Assembly (NCBI GenBank): GCA_049790415.1
Contig: JBAQYY010000042.1
Location: 5,094-69,093 of the forward strand
DNA length: 64,000 nucleotides
DNA from: Candidatus Dormiibacterota bacterium
GTDB lineage: Bacteria > Chloroflexota > Dormibacteria > Aeolococcales > Bog-877
Direction of reading: 5' to 3'
The notes under the pieces are model-generated. The model saw only the letters and a program-made list of their open reading frames with translations. It searched no databases and was not told the origin of the DNA. A program made the position numbers and the translations under genes. Shown here piece after piece: positions 56,906-64,000 of this stretch (its first letter is position 1; each line of letters starts with the position of its first letter).

Positions 56906-57862
56906 GTGATGAGACGCCGCGACCTGGCCCACGTTGGAGCGGTGGAGTTGCTCACCGAAGTGCCCGACGCGACCACGGACTTCTTCGTGCGCTTGCTGGG
57001 CATGAGCGAGGTCGCCCGCTTGGGCGATTCCGTCTACCTGCACGCCTGGGACGACTACGAGCGCTTCACCGTCAAGGTTACTGCGAGCTCCGCATCAGGC
57101 ATCGGCCGTACCTGGCTGCGCGCCTCCGGCCCCGAGGAGCTGGCGCGCTGTGTCGCGGCCATTGAGGCGGTGGGGCTAGGCATAGGCTGGACGGATGGCG
57201 AGCAGGGGATCGGATCCACCTATCTCTTCCAGGATCCTGATGGGCACGGATACGGCATCTACTGGGACACCGAGTGGTACTCGGCACCAGCAGGCGCGCA
57301 ACCAGTGCTGAAGAATCAGGCGGCGCCTTTCCCGGGCCGGGGAGCCAACGTCCGGCGACTCGATCACGTCAACTATCTGGCGGCCGACGTGCAAGCCACC
57401 AGCCGTTTCGTGGCCGAGGTTCTAGGGGTGGCCATGTCCGAGCAGATCCTGCTCGACGACGGAACGCCGGCGGCGGTGTGGTACCACTTCGGCGAAAAAA
57501 CCTACGACTTGGTCTATACCGGGGATTGGACCGGCAGCAGAGGGCGCTTGCACCACGTCGCCTTCGCCGCCGACCAACGCGAGGATATCCTCCGCGCTGC
57601 CGACGTGATGCTCGAAGCCGGCATTCACATCGAGACGGGACCGCACAAGCACACCATTCAGCAGACCTTCTTCCTGTACGTCTGGGAACCCGGGGGCAAC
57701 CGGATTGAGGTCTGCAATGCGGGCGCCCGGCTTCTGCTAGCGCCCGACTGGAAGCCGATTTCCTGGTCTCAGGCAGAGCGGGCAAAGGGCCAGGCCTGGG
57801 GCATGAAGACGATTGAGAGCTTTCATAGCCACGGCACCCCGCCGGTGAAGGAGACCACCTAG
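56906..57862 (+). CDS. Type I extradiol ring-cleavage dioxygenase (VOC superfamily, catechol 2,3-dioxygenase-like)
   Basis: Two tandem VOC modules. The metal ligand context is RLDHVNY...LHHVAF...E, and the 318-aa size is typical of two-domain extradiol dioxygenases. Confidence 0.75.
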   Translation: MMRRRDLAHVGAVELLTEVPDATTDFFVRLLGMSEVARLGDSVYLHAWDDYERFTVKVTASSASGIGRTWLRASGPEELARCVAAIEAVGLGIGWTDGEQGIGSTYLFQDPDGHGYGIYWDTEWYSAPAGAQPVLKNQAAPFPGRGANVRRLDHVNYLAADVQATSRFVAEVLGVAMSEQILLDDGTPAAVWYHFGEKTYDLVYTGDWTGSRGRLHHVAFAADQREDILRAADVMLEAGIHIETGPHKHTIQQTFFLYVWEPGGNRIEVCNAGARLLLAPDWKPISWSQAERAKGQAWGMKTIESFHSHGTPPVKETT

Positions 57863-57903
57863 GCGGGCGGCATCGAGCTGATCGCCAAGTCCTGTGGCGC
57901 CGG

Positions 57904-58665
57904 TCAGTGCTTGGCGAACCCACCGTCGGCGTTGATGGCGGCGCCAGTCACGAAACCACTTCGTTCATCGCAGAGAAAGAGCAGGCTGCTAACCAGGTCT
58001 TCCGGCTTCTCTACCTTGGGAATCGCCTGCCCGCTGACCACCCGTTCCAGCTCGGCGGTGACCCCGGTTCGGACGGCCGTCTCGGTAGGTATTAGCCCAG
58101 GAGTTATGGCGTTGACGGTGATCCCCTCCGGACCCAGTTCGCTTGCCAGGGAGCGGGTGAACCCGATCAACCCGCCTTTGGAGGTGGTGTAGGCGACCAT
58201 CTTGGGCGGACCCAACCAGATGACCGCGCTGGCAATATTGACGATCCGCCCGCTCGGTGACAGCTTGAGCCAGGGTAGAACCGACTGGGTCGCCAGGAAT
58301 ACGCCGTCCAAGTTGAGTGTCATGATCTGGCGCCACTGCTGATAGGTCGTCTCTTCGAAGGCCACCAGGGGATAGATGCCGGCGTTGTTGACCAGGATGT
58401 CAATCCGGCCGAACTGGGCCGCCACCGAACGGCCCAGCTCCCCGGCCGCCGTCGACGAGGTCAGGTCGATGGTGAGCGGCAGGAAAGTACCACCCGCCGC
58501 CTGCACCGCGTCCGCGGTGGCGGCCATGTCGGCAATGTCGACGCCGGCAACCACGATTCCCGCCTGTGCCAGGCCCACGGCAAAGGCGCGACCCAGTCCA
58601 CCTGCGGCTCCAGTCAGGACCGCGACCCGGCCGGCCCCAGTGGTTGCCTCAGGTTCGCTGCTCAT
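57904..58665 (-). CDS. SDR-family oxidoreductase
   Basis: TGAAGGLG cofactor motif, NNAG, and the catalytic Y..xK (YTTSKGG). Confidence 0.85.
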   Translation of the reverse strand: MSSEPEATTGAGRVAVLTGAAGGLGRAFAVGLAQAGIVVAGVDIADMAATADAVQAAGGTFLPLTIDLTSSTAAGELGRSVAAQFGRIDILVNNAGIYPLVAFEETTYQQWRQIMTLNLDGVFLATQSVLPWLKLSPSGRIVNIASAVIWLGPPKMVAYTTSKGGLIGFTRSLASELGPEGITVNAITPGLIPTETAVRTGVTAELERVVSGQAIPKVEKPEDLVSSLLFLCDERSGFVTGAAINADGGFAKH

Positions 58666-60257
58666 GGGTCTGTCTCCTCGCTTCCGGTTAGTGAAACGTT
58701 TATCAGTAGTGGCTCGGTTCGCTCGCGCAGAGTGGGGATCACATCGTCGAGAAGCCCCACCAGTTCCGCCATGTCGGCGACATCACGAGCGGGACATCCC
58801 AGGCCGTCTGCTAGCTGGTCGAGGCGGACCTCGGAAAAGTTAGGCCAGGGCGCTTGGCCCTGCCGCGATGCCAGTCGATCCATGATCCCGTAACTGCCGT
58901 TGTCGAGCACGATGAAGAGGGCGCCCACTTGGTAATGGACAGCGCTCCAGAGGGCCTGGATTCCGTAGATGGCGGACCCATCGCCGACCAGGGCGACCAC
59001 CGGCCGTCCGGGGTCCGCCATGCGTAGACCGATGGAGGCCGGCAGGGCGAAGCCGAGTCCGCCCATGGCGGCGCTCAGGTAGCCCAGGGGCTCGCGGGCG
59101 GGTAGCATCAGCTGCAGGTCGTCGCGGCTGGAAGGGCTCTCTTCGACCACGATGGTGTCTCGATCAAGGCGCGCCGCCAGGGCGGCGAAGACGCGCCGGG
59201 GCGTGAGCGGCCCGGCGCCGTCGTGACTCTTGGGAGCTGGGCGGGTAATTGCCGCCGGGGCGGGACCGCCGCGGGCTGGGATCACCTGAGCCAGCTCCTC
59301 GCAGATGGCGGCGATCGGGCCTAGCACCGCCAGCCGAGCCGGGCTGCGATTGGCCTCAGCCGGTTCGTCGGTGATAACCGCGGCTACCGTACCTGCGGCG
59401 AACAGCGGACCGGGCTCGAAGTGGTATTGGCGTAGGGCGGCTGCTCCCACCACCAGTACCAGATCGTGGGCGGCCAAGGTCTCACGCAGACCGCTTCGTC
59501 CGGCCGGGAGGAAGCCCTGAAAACGCGGGAGATCCTGGGGGAATCCCGCCTGGGCGGTGAAGGGCTCCTGCCAAACCGGGCAGTTGAGCTGGTCGGCCAG
59601 CTTGACCAGGGCGTCCCAGGCTTCCCTGGTGTCGGCACCGGCACCGGTCACCAGGACCGGCCGCTTGGATGCGGCCAGCAGATCCCGGAGCTCGGTGAGC
59701 GCTGGCGCGGGAACAGACCTTGCCTGCACCAGCGACTGGGGCGCGGAGATGGCCGTGTCGTCCATCTCAACGCCCCAGTCGTCCATGGGCACGATCACCA
59801 GGGATGGGCCACGCTGCTCGAGCGCCTCGAGCCGCGCGCGGGCCAGCGCTCCGGGGACGCTCTCAGCGCGCAGGGGCAGATGAACCGAAACCGGGTAGTC
59901 CCCGGCCAACTTCTCGAGGTGGCCGGTCAGGAAGGGCTCGAACTCGATATGGCGCCTGTCCTGCTGGCCCACCAAGACCACCAGCGGGGCCCGGTTGACC
60001 CGGGCTGTGGCCAGAGCCGAGACCGCGTTGCCCAGCCCCGCTGCCGTGTGCAGGCTGACCAGCTGCGCTTGCCTGCTGGCCAGTGCGTAGCCGGCGGCCA
60101 TACCCACCGCCGCGTTCTCGTGGAGCGCCAGCACGTAGTGCAGATAGTCGGGGAAATCCGCCAGCAGAGGGATCTCGGTGGAACCGGGGTTGCCGAACCA
60201 GGTACGCAAGCCCAGCTCGGCTGCCAACTGGAAGGTGACTTCGCGAACGCTGGGCAC
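58662..60257 (-). CDS. Thiamine-diphosphate enzyme, benzoylformate decarboxylase-like
   Basis: 531 aa. It has an N-terminal Pyr domain (FGNPGSTEIPLL..., HENAAVGMAAGYA) and the C-terminal ThDP motif GDGSAIY...NN. Confidence 0.8.
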   Translation of the reverse strand: MPSVREVTFQLAAELGLRTWFGNPGSTEIPLLADFPDYLHYVLALHENAAVGMAAGYALASRQAQLVSLHTAAGLGNAVSALATARVNRAPLVVLVGQQDRRHIEFEPFLTGHLEKLAGDYPVSVHLPLRAESVPGALARARLEALEQRGPSLVIVPMDDWGVEMDDTAISAPQSLVQARSVPAPALTELRDLLAASKRPVLVTGAGADTREAWDALVKLADQLNCPVWQEPFTAQAGFPQDLPRFQGFLPAGRSGLRETLAAHDLVLVVGAAALRQYHFEPGPLFAAGTVAAVITDEPAEANRSPARLAVLGPIAAICEELAQVIPARGGPAPAAITRPAPKSHDGAGPLTPRRVFAALAARLDRDTIVVEESPSSRDDLQLMLPAREPLGYLSAAMGGLGFALPASIGLRMADPGRPVVALVGDGSAIYGIQALWSAVHYQVGALFIVLDNGSYGIMDRLASRQGQAPWPNFSEVRLDQLADGLGCPARDVADMAELVGLLDDVIPTLRERTEPLLINVSLTGSEETDP

Positions 60258-60466
60258 CGCTACCTGTCCCAGAGGAGGATTAGTCCGCCGACCCAGCTGG
60301 AGCCTGAGCTGCTACTTGTGGCTCCCAGCACGCGGCCAATTTAGCAGGATGACCAAGCCCTTCTTGAACGACAGCCGAGACGACCCAGCCGGCTGTCGCA
60401 CCCGAACAGCGCTAGTCCCGGGGGCCGCCGTATCATCCGGCCTCTCGGCAACCAACTGGAGGCAGC

Positions 60467-60916
60467 ATGGCCAACGACATCGACGGCTACGGATTTGCCG
60501 AGCAGGGTCGGACCATCGGCCGCCTCAGCTCTGACATTCGGGAACTCGACCGGGCGGGAATCGAGCGAGTGGCTCAGGGGTGGGACCGCCACGTCGGAGA
60601 GGCCCACCTGGACGCTTTCCGGGCCGCCGAGCAGGAAGCGTCGGAAGTTCTGGAGGCGACTGATCGGCTCGCCCAATGGCATCAGGTGCGGGACGCCCTT
60701 CACAGCCTGACCGAAGGCACTTCGGCACTGGTGAGTTGGAAGTCCGAGCATGGCGAGGTGGGCGAGAAGGCGGAGCGGGCGGCGCTGGCGGCAGCCCTGG
60801 GCCTGCTCGCGGGAGCGGACGGAGACCATCCCGATCTGCAGGTCCTTCTACGCCCCATGGGCGAGGCCCTGCCCTGGCTGGTGCTTGATCAGGAGCCCAG
60901 CCCCGGACCGGAGTGA
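60467..60916 (+). CDS. Hypothetical helical protein
   Basis: 149-aa ORF preceded by GGAGG. It has no recognisable motif, and coding is likely only from its codon bias and position. Confidence 0.35.
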   Translation: MANDIDGYGFAEQGRTIGRLSSDIRELDRAGIERVAQGWDRHVGEAHLDAFRAAEQEASEVLEATDRLAQWHQVRDALHSLTEGTSALVSWKSEHGEVGEKAERAALAAALGLLAGADGDHPDLQVLLRPMGEALPWLVLDQEPSPGPE

Positions 60917-61066
60917 CACGGCGGTCGCCGTCGCGAGCCCCACCGCCGAAGCCCCCGGAACACTTTCCGAAGCCACTCCGGACCCCAGATCGCGAGTGCG
61001 GGCTACGATGAAGTTGCCGCCCCGACTAGTTCGGGAATCAGCCGCCGAGCACCGAGGTCAACGCCT

Positions 61067-62458
61067 ATGTCGATGACCAGCACCCTCGAGCCGAGGGCTG
61101 AGAAGTTCCACCACGAAGCCCTCATGTACGCCGGCGACGAAGGGTTTCGGGCGGGCACTCTGCCCTTCATTCGGGAGGGGATCGCAGCCCGGGAGCCGGT
61201 GATGGTGGCGCTCGCCGCCGACCGCATTCGGGAACTGACCCGAGCGCTCGGGTCGGACGCCAAGGCGGTCCGCTTCGTCGACATTCGCCAGATCGGTTAC
61301 AACCCGGCTCGGATCATTCCTGCCTGGGTTGATTGGGTGGAAGCAGTCAGCCCCGACGGACGGCCTGTGCGGGGCATTGGAGAACCGGTCTGGGCAGGGC
61401 GGTCATCAGACGAGCTGGTGGAGTGCGAGCGCCACGAGGCGCTCCTCAACCTGGTCCTGGAGAAGCATTCCCAGTTGCGCTTGCTCTGCCCCTATGACGT
61501 CGATCAGTTGGATCCGTTGGCTCTCGAGGTGGGTCGGCGCACCCATCCCCTCGTGCTCCAGGGGGGCCAATCACTGAACAGCGAGCTGTACCCGGGGACG
61601 GGGCACATTTCGCAGCTGCACCAGGTGCCCTTGCCAGCTCCGCCGGCAGGCCGGATCGAGCTCGAGTTTGGGGCGGGCCAGGGTCCTGAGGTGCGCCAGG
61701 TGGTGGCCCGCTGCGCGGTCTCGGCCGAACTGCCGACCATGCGGCGAGCCGACTTGGAGTGGGCGGTCACGGAGCTGCTGACCAACAGCATCCGCCACGG
61801 TGGCGGCCGAGGCACGATCCGGGTCTGGGAGGACAGCGCCGGGATCGTTTGCGAAGTCCAAGACCGGGGTCGCCTCGATGATCCGCTGGTGGGGCGCTAC
61901 CGGCCGAAGTTTCCGGGGGCAGAAGTACGCGGGCTCTGGCTGGTCAACCAGATCTGCAATCTGGTCCAGGTCCGGTCTTCCGAGGTAGGCACCGTCGTCC
62001 GCATCCACGTCAGTCGTGCTGAAGGGCCCCGCGAGGTGGGTGGGGTGCCGCTCCTTTCCGACCAGTTGCTGACCGCGCTCGACAGATTCGCCCGGGAGGT
62101 GGAACGCCGCCTGAGCCAGAGCGACCGCTCCCTGCTATGGAGGCTCACCCCAGGAGCCGAGTCATTCCTGATGAGGCTGCCCGACGGCGGCGTCAGAAGG
62201 ACAGATCTGCCCCGTCTCCTAGCCACCGACTCGAGCGGAGTTCAGGAGCTGCAAACCGAGTTGGAGGCGCTGGGACTGCTGCATCAGCGGGCCGAAGCGG
62301 ACGCGGTTGTCCGGCTTCTCCCCACCGCCAAGGCGGGCCGCCTGCGGGAGGCGGTGACGGCGGCGCGGCGAGCCGTTCTCGAGCGCATGGTGTCGCGCCT
62401 GCCTGCTGCCACGCTGGCTGAGGTGGAGTCTGCCCTCGGCGGCTGGGCAGCTCGATAG
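61067..62458 (+). CDS. MEDS sensory domain - RsbW-like HATPase (anti-sigma serine kinase) - wHTH fusion protein
   Basis: The N-terminus HHEALMYAGDEGFRAGTLPFIREGIAAREPVMV is MEDS-like. The middle region AVTELLTNSIRHGGG..IRVWEDSAGIVCEVQDRG....G.GLWLVNQI carries the N- and G-boxes of HATPase_c_2. The C-terminal 130 aa resemble a MarR-type winged helix. Confidence 0.55.
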   Translation: MSMTSTLEPRAEKFHHEALMYAGDEGFRAGTLPFIREGIAAREPVMVALAADRIRELTRALGSDAKAVRFVDIRQIGYNPARIIPAWVDWVEAVSPDGRPVRGIGEPVWAGRSSDELVECERHEALLNLVLEKHSQLRLLCPYDVDQLDPLALEVGRRTHPLVLQGGQSLNSELYPGTGHISQLHQVPLPAPPAGRIELEFGAGQGPEVRQVVARCAVSAELPTMRRADLEWAVTELLTNSIRHGGGRGTIRVWEDSAGIVCEVQDRGRLDDPLVGRYRPKFPGAEVRGLWLVNQICNLVQVRSSEVGTVVRIHVSRAEGPREVGGVPLLSDQLLTALDRFAREVERRLSQSDRSLLWRLTPGAESFLMRLPDGGVRRTDLPRLLATDSSGVQELQTELEALGLLHQRAEADAVVRLLPTAKAGRLREAVTAARRAVLERMVSRLPAATLAEVESALGGWAAR

Positions 62459-62547
62459 TCAGAGCGGCCGCCCCGGCACCGACCAACCCGCCGGGGCCGT
62501 CGCCGGACGACCCGGTCTGGGCCCCCAGCAATGCCTTTCTTGACGAG

Positions 62548-62829
62548 TTGGACAGGATGGCCGAGCAGTGCGGGGAGTCCCCCTGGGGCCTGATCTCCAT
62601 CTACGCCACCCCCCGGTCAATCGTCTTGGTCTTCGACGACGACGTCTGCGGCGGGGCCCTGCGCGACAACCACATTGAGATCCGCACCCAAAAGTGGGAT
62701 CCCCTGTTCCAGGCGCTGCGCTCGGCCGGCCACACCAGCCGGACCAGACAGCTCCAGCTGCGGCCCCGCCGTCACCAAACGTATGACTGCCCCGAGTGCG
62801 AGCTCATCTGGGACAACGACTCGGCGTAG
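62548..62829 (+). CDS. Small hypothetical protein
   Basis: 93-aa ORF ending in a CPEC motif. There is no family assignment and coding status is uncertain. Confidence 0.3.
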   Translation: MDRMAEQCGESPWGLISIYATPRSIVLVFDDDVCGGALRDNHIEIRTQKWDPLFQALRSAGHTSRTRQLQLRPRRHQTYDCPECELIWDNDSA

Positions 62830-62878
62830 GCAGGCCGCTGCTATTTTGGTCCTGAGTGTGCAGCGGGACAGGACTCCT

Positions 62879-64000
62879 CTACTCCACCCCGGCTGGTTGG
62901 AGGCTCTCCCACATCGACGAGTAGGCGCCGGCGTCCGCCAGGAGCCCCTCGTGGCTGCCATCCTCGACGACCTTGCCGTCAGCGAGGATGACGATGCGGT
63001 CGGCTTTGCGGGCCGTCTGCAGGCGGTGGGCGATGATGATGGTGGTGCGTCCGCTGGCCAGCCGGGTCATGGCGGACCCCACCCTGGCCTCGGTGGCCAG
63101 ATCGAGGTTGGAGGTGGCCTCGTCGAGGACCAGGATCTTGGGGTCGATGAGCTGGGCCCGGGCCAGAGCGAGCAATTGGCGCTGGCCGGTTGAGAGCGAG
63201 CGGCCCCGTTCTAGCAGTTGGTGGTGATACCCGCCCTCCAGCTCCCCGATGAAGTAATCGGCGCCCACCGCCCGGGCGGCTGACTCGACCTCGGCGTCGG
63301 TCGCCCTGGGTCTTCCGTAGGCGATGTTGTCCCGGACCGAGCCCGAGAACAGGAAGGGCTCCTGCGGCACGTAACCGAGGCGGCGCCGGTACTCGCCGGG
63401 CTCGAAGGAACGTAGGTCTTGACCATCGACTAGGACCCGGCCTCGTTGGGGATCGTAGAAGCGAACAATCAGCTTGGCCAAGGTCGACTTACCGGCCCCG
63501 GTCTCGCCCACCAGAGCGATCGTCTGCCCAGCCGGAATCTCCAGGTCGATTCCCTGGAGCGCCTCGGGGGCATCGCCCTTCGCCGAGTCCCGAGGAACCC
63601 CCGGCGGTGAGAGTTCATCGCGGCTGGGATAGCGGAAGTGGACCCCCTGCAGTCGGACCGCCCCCTGGGACATCTCAACCCGGGCGGGGTGTTCCGGGGA
63701 GGGCGTCAGACTCCGCTGGGCCATCAGTTCTCGAATGCGCCGCATGGAGGCGCCTGCCTGCTGCCAGGAGTCAAAGACCTGGGACAGCTGCTGGATCGGC
63801 GAGAAGAACATGTCGATGTAGAGCAGGAACGCGATCAGGGCCCCGCTGGTGAGCTGACCCTGCGCGATCAGGTAGCCGCCGAATCCCAGAATCACCGCGT
63901 CGGCCGCGTCGGAGAGAAACTGGACGAAGGGGAAGTACACCGAGACCAGCCGCTGGGCGGAGAGGCGAGCGTCGAGATAGCGTTGCCCGAGGCGGTGGAA
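62879..64000 (-). CDS. ABC exporter, fused permease/ATPase (MsbA/ABCB type), 5'-truncated by the window edge
   Basis: C-terminal NBD with Walker A GETGAGKST, signature LSTGQRQ and Walker B ILVLDEAT. The reading frame stays open upstream of the listed Met to position 64000 (FHRLGQRYLDARLSAQRLVSVYFPF = TM6 region). Confidence 0.85.
   Translation of the reverse strand, partial: FHRLGQRYLDARLSAQRLVSVYFPFVQFLSDAADAVILGFGGYLIAQGQLTSGALIAFLLYIDMFFSPIQQLSQVFDSWQQAGASMRRIRELMAQRSLTPSPEHPARVEMSQGAVRLQGVHFRYPSRDELSPPGVPRDSAKGDAPEALQGIDLEIPAGQTIALVGETGAGKSTLAKLIVRFYDPQRGRVLVDGQDLRSFEPGEYRRRLGYVPQEPFLFSGSVRDNIAYGRPRATDAEVESAARAVGADYFIGELEGGYHHQLLERGRSLSTGQRQLLALARAQLIDPKILVLDEATSNLDLATEARVGSAMTRLASGRTTIIIAHRLQTARKADRIVILADGKVVEDGSHEGLLADAGAYSSMWESLQPAGVE

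Overview
High-GC bacterial chromosomal segment. Gene content looks Actinomycetota-like or from a related high-GC lineage: DinB/mycothiol-type proteins and a pcaIJ-HG-B-L cluster. It is densely coding, and many adjacent genes share 4-nt ATGA start/stop overlaps. No rRNA, complete tRNA, CRISPR array, transposase or integrase was found.

Layout:
(1) 0.2-7.8 kb: miscellaneous stress and regulator genes (MBL hydrolase, hemerythrin, HhH-GPD glycosylase, DinB, aldo/keto reductase, ArsR-SRPBCC, and a DUF4097-PadR operon with an AT-rich palindrome upstream).
(2) 7.9-17.1 kb, minus strand: pyrimidine operon pyrB-pyrR-pyrC-carAB-pyrK-pyrD. carA and carB are fused in frame (1485 aa), and a PyrR-type RNA hairpin abuts the pyrB ribosome-binding site.
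(3) 17.5-22.9 kb, plus strand: a visibly less GC-rich block encoding MoxR AAA+, DUF58, a polytopic membrane protein, two tandem DUF4129-like paralogs and a lipoprotein.
(4) 23.0-33.3 kb, minus strand: nine co-directional genes, in order ChlI-like AAA+, large vWA protein, DUF1444-like protein, NlpC/P60 peptidase, MurD-like ligase, fold-type-II PLP enzyme, ATP-grasp ligase, DnaJ-like protein. The gap between the MurD-like and PLP genes holds, on the opposite strand, a 57-codon ORF that falls below the ORF-track cutoff. It reads as a LysW/ArgW-type zinc-ribbon amino-group carrier protein. This is the most interesting candidate system in the window.
(5) 33.4-41.9 kb: housekeeping and accessory genes (ComB-like, AhpD-like, MscL with a zinc-ribbon tail, siderophore-interacting protein, GNAT, AI-2E transporter, YdbS/YdbT PH-domain pair, DinB_2, PRC barrel).
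(6) 42.0-60.3 kb: aromatic catabolism. This comprises the protocatechuate ortho-cleavage genes pcaL-B-G-H-J-I, a CUT2-type ABC transporter, cupin, MFS and IclR genes, then a GalB/GalC-like lower meta-pathway module with a VOC extradiol dioxygenase, an SDR and a benzoylformate-decarboxylase-like ThDP enzyme.
(7) 60.5-64.0 kb: a MEDS-HATPase-wHTH fusion regulator, small hypothetical proteins and a truncated ABC exporter.

All functional calls come from motif and family recognition by eye. No database search was run.
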